Origin: a virus
Virus record (IMG/VR): IMGVR_UViG_3300021139_000017
Reading direction: 5' to 3' (one strand)
Length of the DNA stretch: 56,462 bases
Below, one piece after another: positions 40,201 to 49,097 of this stretch. Position 1 is the first letter of the stretch, and each line of letters begins with the position of its first letter. The notes beneath the pieces were generated by a model, which saw only the letters and a list, made by a program, of their open reading frames with translations, was not told where the DNA came from and made no database searches. Made by a program: the position numbers and the translations under genes.

Positions 40201-40460
40201 AAATTTATTTTGTTCGGGCAGAATTTAATCTTCTTTCCGCAGCCGCATTTGCATGGTGCATACAGGTCTGGTTTAGTTGGAAATGGCACGCGCATCGTGT
40301 TCGCCGGTGGATACTCTTTGGCGTCCATTTTGCGAGCCGTAGTCACGCGAGAATCTTTTTCCCATGACTCCTTAACGAACCAAAGCCCGCACGTTTCGCA
40401 AAACGGGTCTTTGTGTTTCGTTGAATTGATAACTGGTTTTAGGCATTGGCATAAATCCAT
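40197..40460 (-). CDS. small Cys-rich protein with a C-terminal SEC-C-like metal-binding motif
   Basis: C-terminal PCKCGCGKKIKFC resembles the SecA C-terminal SEC-C motif (CPCGSGKKYKKCC). N-terminal CQC...CETC is also present. Confidence 0.5.
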   Translation of the reverse strand: MDLCQCLKPVINSTKHKDPFCETCGLWFVKESWEKDSRVTTARKMDAKEYPPANTMRVPFPTKPDLYAPCKCGCGKKIKFCPNKINL

Positions 40461-40639
40461 AAATCTCCTTGTTCTGCTTTGATGTTTTTTGACACTCGTT
40501 GGGGCGAATTTTCAACAACCTCATTGTCAACAATCGTCCCTCGCAAATCGTCCTCAAGGTTCGGTCCGTGTGGGTCGATCATCCCGCGCCGCAGCTTTTG
40601 CGTAAGGTCAGCAATTAAAGTTTCGAGTCGTATTTTCAT
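40439..40639 (-). CDS. hypothetical 66-aa protein
   Basis: ATGA-coupled to the upstream gene. Overlaps the downstream start by 22 nt. Confidence 0.35.
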   Translation of the reverse strand: MKIRLETLIADLTQKLRRGMIDPHGPNLEDDLRGTIVDNEVVENSPQRVSKNIKAEQGDLWIYANA

Positions 40640-41478
40640 GGTTGTTCCTGTTGGCTTTCAGATTTTAATTTTTCGGATAGCTCGCCCGCAAACTTCTCGC
40701 TGGCAATTTCGACTGCATCCGTGATTTTTTGATGTTCGATGGTTAGAAACTGTTCGAGTATGGACACTTTTTCCGGCTCAATTTTCAGCGCTTGCGCCTT
40801 GGCTACAAAAGCCTCGATAATAGTTTTCTCAATTCGCGTCTTCCATTGGTCATGGTATTGGCGGCTAAATCCGGCTGCTAGGCGTTCTGCCATTGAAACA
40901 GAAATGTAACCACCCATTTCCTTTACGATGCGCCAACGCTCATGTTCCAGACGTTCACGTTTGGCTATTTCTTCAAGTTCGCCGATCGGCATTTTGGCTG
41001 GCGAGCTACCATTGACCTGGCGAGAGTCCGCTCGATATTCGTGCCAAAGGTAAGCGTCAAACCAAGCAATCCAAGCACGCAGACTCCAACGTCTCCGCAC
41101 GCCTTCTAGCGGCTTTGGCGGCATTGGCTTTCCGTTTAATCGTTTGCCGCCGGCCCATTCTCCAATGGTATGCTTTGTGATTCCAATACGAAGCTTGCTG
41201 GATTTATCTGGATTCTGATAATGAAGCATCATCCTCGATGCAATTTCACCGTGCGTATCGCAAATGTCGTTGTCGGATTCCTTTTTTTCTCCGCGCGAGG
41301 GAGCGTCTATAAGCCCGAGGTCGGCCAGTTGCTTTTCCTGCCACTGGACCGTCGCACCGCGCTCGTAAAGCGCTAGCTTGATCAAAAGGTTTTTCCGCTT
41401 GGCCCCTGGAAAAGCTGCCAGCTTCGCCTCGATCTCGGGCGATACTGCAATTTCCTTTATGTCTGCTTTATCTGACAT
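40636..41478 (-). CDS. hypothetical 280-aa protein
   Basis: ATG-started ORF in the operon. No motif recognised. Confidence 0.45.
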   Translation of the reverse strand: MSDKADIKEIAVSPEIEAKLAAFPGAKRKNLLIKLALYERGATVQWQEKQLADLGLIDAPSRGEKKESDNDICDTHGEIASRMMLHYQNPDKSSKLRIGITKHTIGEWAGGKRLNGKPMPPKPLEGVRRRWSLRAWIAWFDAYLWHEYRADSRQVNGSSPAKMPIGELEEIAKRERLEHERWRIVKEMGGYISVSMAERLAAGFSRQYHDQWKTRIEKTIIEAFVAKAQALKIEPEKVSILEQFLTIEHQKITDAVEIASEKFAGELSEKLKSESQQEQP

Positions 41479-41658
41479 TTATCCCGTGACCGAGGATGCC
41501 ATCACCTCGATAGTCTCAACCTGGTGTTTTGCTTTCCGCGATGACCGAAGCCAATCGCCAACATATCCCCTGCCCGGCTTCCATCCGCGTTGTTGCAGCT
41601 TGCGTAATTTTGCAAGTTCTGAACCGCTCGCGCGGCTGAATCGTTTGTGTGATTTCAT
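41479..41658 (-). CDS. small basic protein (59 aa)
   Basis: The ATG at 41658 follows the upstream stop by 2 nt. The longer track ORF would overlap the upstream gene by 100 nt. Confidence 0.35.
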   Translation of the reverse strand: MKSHKRFSRASGSELAKLRKLQQRGWKPGRGYVGDWLRSSRKAKHQVETIEVMASSVTG

Positions 41659-41660
41659 TT

Positions 41661-42317
41661 TTATTCTCCTTTCTCTGCCAATAATTTTTGAACGATGGCA
41701 TGACGTTCCGCCATAGGTCTTGTCGCCAGTTCGATCTTCTGCAAAGTTTCCGTCTGGCAAGATGAATAGTAGGATTCAAGCGGAGAACCTTCCGGCTCCA
41801 TTTTTTTAAGCCATGATTCCACCGTCGCCGCTGTGCTAATGAAACCGTTAAATGGGTTAATGGGTTCGTGGGTTGTTTCGCCACCAAGTCGGCGCGTTTT
41901 TTCCATCAGCCCGGTAAGCTCAAACAGTGCGTGCATGACTGGCGTGCAATCGTCCATCTTTTCTGCCCGCGCCGGCATCGTGCGAAATACTTTTTGCGCC
42001 GCTTTTATTTTCTCGCGCCGGATGGCATCAACTTTCCAAGTCTCGATGTCCGGATGCCAGTTGCGAAACTCGAATTGCCCAATTTTTTCCGCTTCTTCAA
42101 ATTTGCGGCCGGCTTCGCGGATTTTGTTGCAGCCGCGGATAAACGCTTTTGCGCCGTCGCCGATTTCTTCCACTCCGCTATCAAAGTCGGAGATTCCCTG
42201 GGTCATCAACACTGCGACTGATTCACGTTTGGCGAGATCGGATCGTTCCGTATAACTGCGCTCGTCGCTCTTGATAAAAGCCACAGCCGATTTGGTCGCT
42301 GATTTTTTTTTGCTCAT
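41661..42317 (-). CDS. hypothetical 218-aa protein
   Basis: ATGA-coupled to the upstream gene. No motif recognised. Confidence 0.45.
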   Translation of the reverse strand: MSKKKSATKSAVAFIKSDERSYTERSDLAKRESVAVLMTQGISDFDSGVEEIGDGAKAFIRGCNKIREAGRKFEEAEKIGQFEFRNWHPDIETWKVDAIRREKIKAAQKVFRTMPARAEKMDDCTPVMHALFELTGLMEKTRRLGGETTHEPINPFNGFISTAATVESWLKKMEPEGSPLESYYSSCQTETLQKIELATRPMAERHAIVQKLLAEKGE

Positions 42318-42898
42318 AATTTGTTTTTGGATTTGATTTGGTCAAGGCGTGCTTGCGCCATGTTCTTTCGTGCCTGCTCGGTTCTTTGTGAAAGCATTGG
42401 GGCAAGCTTTAACTGTTCAAGAAAATGGGCGGCGCATTTGGAGACGGTTTGTTTGCCGCTCTGGTTGCGGGCCAGGTTCATCTTGCGCGCAATGTCGGCA
42501 AATGACTTTACCCCAGCTTCATCAGAATACCCCAAAACAAACATAGCCGTGACTATAGACATGCGAATGAATTTACGGCCGCGCTGCTGGCTGGTATAAA
42601 CGTCCAGCATTGAAAAAATTTTGCCCAGCCAAAGCACCCATTGCTTGTCTCGCTCGCGCATTGCCTCGCCCAATGCCTGAGACAACGATCCGCGCATCAT
42701 CTGATCACCGGAGTTCATTGTCTCGTCAAAATACTGGAACAACTCTTCGACCTTCTCGCGTGAAACATTGAAACGCGCGGATGCCACGTCGATTGGGTCT
42801 TCGCCGATTTCACCGTCCACCATTGCGCGGCCATTGCGCTTAGGGGCGGGAATTTCGTGAGGATTTACGCGAGTATCAATTTGATTGGAGGTTTTCAT
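42314..42898 (-). CDS. hypothetical 194-aa protein
   Basis: ATG-started, abuts the upstream small ORF. No motif recognised. Confidence 0.45.
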   Translation of the reverse strand: MKTSNQIDTRVNPHEIPAPKRNGRAMVDGEIGEDPIDVASARFNVSREKVEELFQYFDETMNSGDQMMRGSLSQALGEAMRERDKQWVLWLGKIFSMLDVYTSQQRGRKFIRMSIVTAMFVLGYSDEAGVKSFADIARKMNLARNQSGKQTVSKCAAHFLEQLKLAPMLSQRTEQARKNMAQARLDQIKSKNKL

Positions 42899-43075
42899 TT
42901 ATATTTCGACTGGTTTTAATTCCACCTTCCAAGCTTTAATCACAAATACCACCCGTTGATTGATTTTTTTTAGTTTCAATCGGTATTTGCCTTTTCGAAT
43001 GCGCGAATGAATTGAATTAGCCGCCAATCCTTGTCGCATTCCTTCCTCAATACAAAATTCTTTTAAGGTTTTCAT
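42899..43075 (-). CDS. 58-aa DNA-binding-like small protein (below the ORF-track cutoff)
   Basis: Hand translation gives MKTLKEFCIEEGMRQGLAANSIHSRIRKGKYRLKLKKINQRVVFVIKAWKVELKPVEI. It has an ATGA overlap with the upstream gene, and its stop abuts the next ATG. It resembles the excisionase/HTH-type S.(Q/H)..(Y/R)(R/K)IR.GK pattern. Confidence 0.4.
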   Translation of the reverse strand: MKTLKEFCIEEGMRQGLAANSIHSRIRKGKYRLKLKKINQRVVFVIKAWKVELKPVEI

Positions 43076-43815
43076 TTAAACTCTTTCCAGATTTGTTCAG
43101 CGTATTGCGCCGGAGTTGTTTTGATTCTCTGTTCTTTGATTGCTGATTCTACTTCAGAAATGGTTCGAACACATTTGCCATGATTTTCCTTCAACCGATT
43201 TACCCACTTCCCGGCATCATTCACCCATTGATCCGCCAGCGCTGCTTCAAATCTGGCCGCTGTTTCCCGTTCAATCATCGCCAAAGCTTTTTTGCCCTTT
43301 GTTGTAAGCTTAGACTTAGTTGTAGTTGTAATTGTAAGGGATTTGCGTGACGCGGCGCTTACGTCTTCCCTCACGCTTGGCGTCACGTCAACCGATTCGG
43401 CAGGCGTCACGGCAGGCGTCACGGCAGGCGTCACGGTGAACGTCACGCATCCCGTCACGCTATCTGGTTCTGAAAGAAACAGCTTTGCTCTTTTGTTGGC
43501 ATCTGCTGTGCGGTTATACTGCAAGGCGTATTCGCGTTTCGACTCATTTAGCGTTTTTACGGTGCCTTCGTGAAGAAAATAGGCACCTTTAATTTTCCAA
43601 CCCTTCGACATCAATTCTATTTTCACCTTGGGCCACGCCTTGGAAGTGCAACTTGAAAGCTCTCTCAGGGTAAAATCATCATTGAGCGGCGGACCATCAT
43701 TTAAAATAGTCATGTCGAACAACTGACGGTGAGCCAGCTTTCCAGAGTTGGTCATCCCAAAAGTGTCAATCATCATCAGATTGGGCTTGTATTTGACAAA
43801 ATGCAGATCGTTCAT
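43072..43815 (-). CDS. replication-module protein, DUF1376-like N-terminus (tentative)
   Basis: The N-terminal ~100 aa loosely fit the DUF1376 pattern. A central (VTPA)n linker is encoded by phased CGTCACG repeats. Sits in the position of a replication initiator. Confidence 0.4.
   Translation of the reverse strand: MNDLHFVKYKPNLMMIDTFGMTNSGKLAHRQLFDMTILNDGPPLNDDFTLRELSSCTSKAWPKVKIELMSKGWKIKGAYFLHEGTVKTLNESKREYALQYNRTADANKRAKLFLSEPDSVTGCVTFTVTPAVTPAVTPAESVDVTPSVREDVSAASRKSLTITTTTKSKLTTKGKKALAMIERETAARFEAALADQWVNDAGKWVNRLKENHGKCVRTISEVESAIKEQRIKTTPAQYAEQIWKEFK
43381..43459. repeat. phased CGTCACG repeats (12-bp register) inside the replication-module gene
   Basis: CGTCACG starts at 43381, 43405, 43417, 43429, 43441 and 43453. 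An inverted copy (CGTGACG) lies at 43346. Confidence 0.85.
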
Positions 43816-43847
43816 TTTTGTAAAAGTTTGGGTTAAAAGCTTCGATT

Positions 43848-44261
43848 TTACCCAGCGGTTGTAACGGCTAATTCTTCCGGCTCACCTGTTTCATTCACGT
43901 TGAAAATTCCCAGCATTCCGCGCATTGGAATGAACGGCAGTGGATAGGCATTTTCCAGAACAAAACCAAAAGGCCCCACAAAAAACGGCGATGGATGCTT
44001 GATCACGCAACCAGTAATCCTTGCAACGCCCACAATGCCGCCCTTGGCAAGTTTATTGAGTGCAGGGATGTTGGAAGCCAGTGCCGGGTTAAACAGCCGA
44101 ACAAAGGCAACGGCGTCGGCATATTCCAATTGTGTGCAACCCTTGGCTGCGTGAATCTGGATGTCCCCTCGATGCTTGGTTGGCCATGTCCGATTCTCGA
44201 TCGTCTTATGACCGGCAATGATTAACCATGCCCACGGCTGGCGAATTGATATAGCTTTCAT
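43848..44261 (-). CDS. ASCH domain protein
   Basis: ATG at 44261 forms an ATGA overlap with the methyltransferase stop. MKAISIRQPWAWLIIAGHKTIENRTW...IQIHAAK is the canonical ASCH opening. Confidence 0.7.
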   Translation of the reverse strand: MKAISIRQPWAWLIIAGHKTIENRTWPTKHRGDIQIHAAKGCTQLEYADAVAFVRLFNPALASNIPALNKLAKGGIVGVARITGCVIKHPSPFFVGPFGFVLENAYPLPFIPMRGMLGIFNVNETGEPEELAVTTAG

Positions 44262-46366
44262 GCGTGTAAGGCTTGCAATCGGTTGCGCTCGCCTGGCTGC
44301 CATGCCGATAGGTCAGAAGAGTTGGCCGCGACTAATGCAGCGGCGACAGGTGGTGATACCGAGTTGCCACACATCCTTACTTGCTCGGTTTTGGTTAGTT
44401 CGACGACTTTGATTTCCCCGGTCTTGGGGTGAATCAGCCACGCACGGTCAATGACGTAATCGTCTCCAAACCCCTGGGCGCGGAACAGTTCGCGGGAAGT
44501 AAGCATCCGCATTCCCAGATCCAAAATGACGAAACCGCTAACCGTGGCAAACTCGCCTTCAAACACCACGCCATGTTCGCGCAGAAACTTCGCCACGCGC
44601 CGCGCGCCGGCCAAATGCCACGGGGTAAGCGGGTAGGTGGTTCCGTCGGTCTGGACAAATCCAAAACGCTCTTTGGTGGTCACTGTCCGCAAAGGCTCGT
44701 CAACGGCCTGCCCGTCCTTGTCGTTTCCGTAGTATGCAACCAATGCGCCGGACACCACGCCGAATTTTTCCTTGGTGGTCGCGGTTCTGAATGGCTCATT
44801 GACGGATTGACCAATGTCGGATTCATTTCCGTAGAACCCAACCACAGATGCCGTGACAACCTGCTGTTGTGATCCCTTGGCGCTGATCGTGCTGGCCGGC
44901 GAGTCGGCGGCGTGGCCGGGGTTCGTGTTAAATCCGCCATTATGTTGGGCGAGGTAGGCGGAAATCAAAGATGTCTTACCACCACCAGCGGGCATGATGG
45001 TAGGTGCTGGATCTGAAACCGATTGGCCTACGCTCTGGCCAAACTCACGACAAATGGAGGCAGCCACAATTCCGTGGTGTTTGCCGCCGGCGCTGATGGC
45101 ATGTAACGGATCAGATATGTCGGGCGCATTTCCGTGCGTTTCAAAGTTTCCACGAAGTTTCACCAGATTAGCCGCTGCCAGCGAAAAATGACCACCTTTT
45201 ACAGATGCGCAAATCGTCCGCAGTGGTTCGTTTGCCGGCATCGTGCGCTGATTGGATGAATTTGCCTGTTCTTCAATAAACGGTGCCAGCGAGGCATCAA
45301 CAAAGGCTTTCTCTCCGCGATTGGCCCCTGTGATAGTGGTGGCGGGTTCATCCACAGACTCAACACGGTTGTCACCTCCTTGATGCGTCAGGCTGACAAT
45401 GAATGGACGCGCTGCTTTCAAGACATATCTGTCAACACCCTTTGCAATGCGCCGGAGCGTGGCAGGCGCCAATGGTCGTTTGCATCGGACCTTCTTTGCA
45501 TCCTGCCTGGATAGGAAAATTGAATTGCAAGGAGTAGACCAATCAATGCACTCGGCCACCGTGCGCCACGGCTTGAGCTTGAGTTTCCGCGCTGCTTCTG
45601 GCGCAGCGTGCGTCGGCGCCGGCCAAACGATCGGCAGTCCATCACACCGCCAGATGCCAAATAGTCGTTTGCGAATGGTCGGTGCCCCATAATCGCAGGC
45701 GTGCAATTCTTTGGCCTCGCCATAATATCCAAAGCCTTGGATCAACTGTTCGCGGGTGATGTTATTCGACGGACAGGATTCATCTTTCAAGACTTCAACC
45801 ATTTGGTCTAAATCAGGATGATTAGGCTCGATGCCTGCCCCAAGCGCATCATTAAAAGCCCGCCAGGTGCGGCCGCGATGTTCCGGCACTGGTTTTCCGT
45901 GGTGGCAATCCTTTTTGCATTTCCGTCCACCGGAGCAGCCATTGCTATGCGTCTCAAACAATGGTCCCCAAGTCTGGATTTCCTCGACGTTTTCCATGTA
46001 AATTACCCGCGTTCTGATTGCCGCCCAACGAAAAATAACGAACGCCAGCCCGCGAATTTTTTTGCTCAACGGCTTGCCGCCTTTGGCCTTCGAAAAGTGT
46101 TTGCAGTCCGGAGAAAACCAACCCATACCGACACGTCGGCCTTCGGTCAACAGTCCGGGATTAATTGCAAAGATGTCCTCGCAATGGTGAATGGTCTGCG
46201 GATGATTATTGCGGTGCATTCCGAGCGCCTTGTCATCGTGATTCATCGCGTGGTCAACATGCCGGCCTAACGCCTGCTCGATGCCGGTAAAAGCCCCTCC
46301 TCCGCCGGCAAATCCGTCCACGACCAGTTCACTGTTGATGTCTAAAATTAATTGTTGGCGTATCAT
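44258..46366 (-). CDS. DNA (cytosine-5) methyltransferase, 702 aa, with a repeated TRD-like region
   Basis: Motif I DGFAGGGG, motif IV SPDCKHFS, motif VI MENVEE, motif VIII DYGAPTIRKRLF, motif IX MLTSRELFRAQGFGDDY and motif X CGNSVSPPV. Seven xxP-x-x-T-I/V modules lie between motifs VIII and IX. Confidence 0.85.
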   Translation of the reverse strand: MIRQQLILDINSELVVDGFAGGGGAFTGIEQALGRHVDHAMNHDDKALGMHRNNHPQTIHHCEDIFAINPGLLTEGRRVGMGWFSPDCKHFSKAKGGKPLSKKIRGLAFVIFRWAAIRTRVIYMENVEEIQTWGPLFETHSNGCSGGRKCKKDCHHGKPVPEHRGRTWRAFNDALGAGIEPNHPDLDQMVEVLKDESCPSNNITREQLIQGFGYYGEAKELHACDYGAPTIRKRLFGIWRCDGLPIVWPAPTHAAPEAARKLKLKPWRTVAECIDWSTPCNSIFLSRQDAKKVRCKRPLAPATLRRIAKGVDRYVLKAARPFIVSLTHQGGDNRVESVDEPATTITGANRGEKAFVDASLAPFIEEQANSSNQRTMPANEPLRTICASVKGGHFSLAAANLVKLRGNFETHGNAPDISDPLHAISAGGKHHGIVAASICREFGQSVGQSVSDPAPTIMPAGGGKTSLISAYLAQHNGGFNTNPGHAADSPASTISAKGSQQQVVTASVVGFYGNESDIGQSVNEPFRTATTKEKFGVVSGALVAYYGNDKDGQAVDEPLRTVTTKERFGFVQTDGTTYPLTPWHLAGARRVAKFLREHGVVFEGEFATVSGFVILDLGMRMLTSRELFRAQGFGDDYVIDRAWLIHPKTGEIKVVELTKTEQVRMCGNSVSPPVAAALVAANSSDLSAWQPGERNRLQALHA

Positions 46367-46394
46367 TTCTTTTCCTCGGTTTCCTGTTGCTGAT

Positions 46395-47483
46395 TCATGG
46401 AATCAAATCGGGATCGCCTTCCGGAGCGGCCTCGTCTGCCGGTGGCTGGTTAGCAAAGCACGGTTCAAACATCACCTGCGATCCCATCCACGGCTCGGCG
46501 CTTACCGTCGTCCAGCCGCCGGAACTTTCGTCGGAATCGTCGTAGGTGGGCCATTTCTTGTTAGCCAGACACCAGGCATAGTTCGCAAGCATCCGCCGGT
46601 ATTGCACCCGGCCCAACGTAATGAGATTGCTTTCCTCCGGCTGCTCGCCAGGTTCCACATCGCGCATCATGCGCCGGCCAATCTCGAAGGGTGAGAAATT
46701 CTCTTGAACCACAAAACACCAAGCCAGCCGTTGTTCTTTGGTCGCGCCATTGAAGATGTCCAAATCAAATGCCGCCTGAATATGATAGCCAAAATTAAAA
46801 ACATCGCGTTGAAATTTGATGATGGCTGCCGACCGGCTAGACTTCAAATCGCCAAGGCATTGTGCAAACTCCGTGTCTTGGCGAGGAGCGAGATCCAGCA
46901 GGCAACGAACTGGGATAATCAGGCCGGTGGCTTCATCGTGCCATTCGCCTTCAACCAAAACCTGCTTGTCGCTCGCGGCGATGAAAGAAGCTAGGATTTC
47001 GTCCTCGGTGATGCGCTTCGCCGCCGTCCAACCTTCCGTCAGCTTGTCCTGGGGGACAATTTCCAGCCCAGACTTGATTTGCGCCTCCGTCCATTCGGAA
47101 CAGGTCTTGGAATTGTTGTTCCACGGCTTGCTCAAGGTCACTTCCTCGCGCGCACATTTGCATTTGGAGCATGACTTTGAATCAGAAACACTGCCGCAGC
47201 CGGGACATTTCATCCCCTTGGCCTCGTAGGTTTCCGGCTGCAAAATGTAGCGCGCGTCAAAATGCTCTGGCGTCAATACCAGCGTGTCCAGCAGGTTTCC
47301 AAAATCCTTGGAAGCTGATTCCGGCCCCTCAAAACCGCGAATGTATCTCGATGGACAATGGGCGAAGTTTTTCAGTTCGGACGGCGACATTGGATTGCGG
47401 ATATCCCCGCGCTCGAATGGCCGGTTGTGATAGACGGCGGGCGCGATGTTTTTGCCCATCACTTTGCAATTCTTGAAGCTCAT
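46395..47483 (-). CDS. PD-(D/E)XK exonuclease (RecE/exonuclease VIII-like, DUF3799-type)
   Basis: LGDLKSSRSAAIIKFQRDVFNFGYHIQAAFDLD matches the D.K...F......gYhiQaA pattern. ATGA-coupled to the Erf gene. Contains an internal Cys cluster (CPGCGSVSDSKSCSKCKC). Confidence 0.65.
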   Translation of the reverse strand: MSFKNCKVMGKNIAPAVYHNRPFERGDIRNPMSPSELKNFAHCPSRYIRGFEGPESASKDFGNLLDTLVLTPEHFDARYILQPETYEAKGMKCPGCGSVSDSKSCSKCKCAREEVTLSKPWNNNSKTCSEWTEAQIKSGLEIVPQDKLTEGWTAAKRITEDEILASFIAASDKQVLVEGEWHDEATGLIIPVRCLLDLAPRQDTEFAQCLGDLKSSRSAAIIKFQRDVFNFGYHIQAAFDLDIFNGATKEQRLAWCFVVQENFSPFEIGRRMMRDVEPGEQPEESNLITLGRVQYRRMLANYAWCLANKKWPTYDDSDESSGGWTTVSAEPWMGSQVMFEPCFANQPPADEAAPEGDPDLIP

Positions 47484-48289
47484 TGGATTTCCTTCAATTT
47501 GGCTTCGGTGGCGGCGATGGCTTTTTCAAACCGAGCAACGCTTAAATCCGGTGCAGCCTCGGGGATGGCTCCATCAAGCACCTCGTTTTGCCAACACCAT
47601 TGGTTATGCCCATTCCAATTGGTGCGAACCCATGCAGGATCTTGACTGACCACAGGCTTTAATAGGTTCCAAAGCTTCGTGGCCAGTTCCTTCACGCTCA
47701 AATCCCTAGATGCAAGCGTTGATGGACCTGCTGGGCGCGGCTTATGGCCTTGATTGCCATCGTCATCCTCTCCCACGATAGTCAGGTTGAAGATCATCGC
47801 CGTGAGATAGCGCCGGCCATAGCTGAACGTCGAACCCTCTCCATGAATCTTGGTCTTGCTCGCGCTGCCCTTCATGCCCATGTCGTCAGGTGACAGGTCA
47901 ACGTGGTAATCTTCCGAATGGCCACCCATGCTAACCTTGCAGGTGACACGGATCTTTGCCGGATTGGTCGAGTCGCCCTCACTGAATTTGAGCGAGAACT
48001 TGTATTTCTCTATGACCGGCATGATGGCCTTGGCCATCGCTTCTAGCTTGGCATATTTGGAATTGGTCGAAGGGTTGGTTGACCGCTTGATTATCATTGG
48101 CATTTCCGCCTGTGCCGCCGCCATCGCTTCGTTGAACTGTAATTCAGCCTGTCGCGCACACATTTTCTGGTGCATGTCCAAAAGACGCTCCAACTTATTA
48201 ACGTCAATCTCCGGGTCTTTTGCTGCGGACATAATGGCCGTCATCAAAGATGGAGTTTGGTCTTTATCTATGGTTGCCAATTCATTCAT
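47480..48289 (-). CDS. ERF-family single-strand annealing protein
   Basis: [24 protein letters not shown] ... [31 protein letters not shown] fits the ERF superfamily signature. Confidence 0.75.
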   Translation of the reverse strand: MNELATIDKDQTPSLMTAIMSAAKDPEIDVNKLERLLDMHQKMCARQAELQFNEAMAAAQAEMPMIIKRSTNPSTNSKYAKLEAMAKAIMPVIEKYKFSLKFSEGDSTNPAKIRVTCKVSMGGHSEDYHVDLSPDDMGMKGSASKTKIHGEGSTFSYGRRYLTAMIFNLTIVGEDDDGNQGHKPRPAGPSTLASRDLSVKELATKLWNLLKPVVSQDPAWVRTNWNGHNQWCWQNEVLDGAIPEAAPDLSVARFEKAIAATEAKLKEIQ

Positions 48290-48786
48290 GCGGTTGCCTT
48301 TTTTGTTTGGGATTGTTGGTTGCTTTTACGGCTGTTTTGAACCTGCTGTGATTGGGTTGCCCAGCGGCAATTAGATGGTTCGTAATTGCCGTTATTATCA
48401 ATTCGGTCTAGGGATTTCCCCGCTGGACGCGGCCCCATATCTGCAAAGAAATTCTCGAATGATTCTAGCCAGCGCGGACAAACCTTGATTCCACGCGCGC
48501 CGTAATACTTAAAGCTCGTGCTGTTTGGATTTAGGCAGCGAGCCTTCATCATTGACCAAATTTTATGCTCCGTGGTTTTAGTCATACCATGAACTGATCG
48601 GCGAATATTGCTCAATCCAGTTCCGCAACCACACGACCTAGAAAGCCCATGAACCACATTGTAAGAATCAACGAGCTTTGTTTTCCCGCATTCACAAAGA
48701 CAAAGAAGAACGGCTTTTCCATTCCGTTTTAATCCGGATTCTTGGACGGTAAGCCTTCCAAATTTTTGGCCGACAATAGTATTCAT
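48286..48786 (-). CDS. HNH-like/AP2-type phage nuclease-family protein
   Basis: GQKFGRLTV...[11 protein letters not shown]...SCGC...[74 protein letters not shown] is the standard pattern of this common phage family. Confidence 0.6.
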   Translation of the reverse strand: MNTIVGQKFGRLTVQESGLKRNGKAVLLCLCECGKTKLVDSYNVVHGLSRSCGCGTGLSNIRRSVHGMTKTTEHKIWSMMKARCLNPNSTSFKYYGARGIKVCPRWLESFENFFADMGPRPAGKSLDRIDNNGNYEPSNCRWATQSQQVQNSRKSNQQSQTKKATA

Positions 48787-49097
48787 TGTAAGCCTCCTTT
48801 CCCCGTCTCAAGTTTGAGGTGTTTCCGGCGGTAGCGGGCGGCAATACGCCCGCGAACGTGCTTGTGCTGGCAAATGTCTTCGTTGCGCGAGTAATCCACC
48901 ACCGTTGACATCCAGTTTTCAAACTGCTCCGGGTTCGTCAGGGCAAACCACATGGCGTAGCGCGCCACGCTGGCGGTAGAACAATCTTTGTTAAAGCAAC
49001 GCGCTTTCCATTGTTCCAAAGCGGTGAGTTCCGCCATGCAAAGACCGACTACCACTTCCGACACTTCTTTTTCAATCAAGACTTCGTGAGAGTCCAT
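48783..49097 (-). CDS. hypothetical 104-aa protein
   Basis: ATG at 49097. The in-frame upstream extension (ATG 49310, or the track start 49508) is Arg/Ser/Thr-rich and looks non-coding, but a longer form cannot be excluded. Confidence 0.4.
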   Translation of the reverse strand: MDSHEVLIEKEVSEVVVGLCMAELTALEQWKARCFNKDCSTASVARYAMWFALTNPEQFENWMSTVVDYSRNEDICQHKHVRGRIAARYRRKHLKLETGKGGLQ

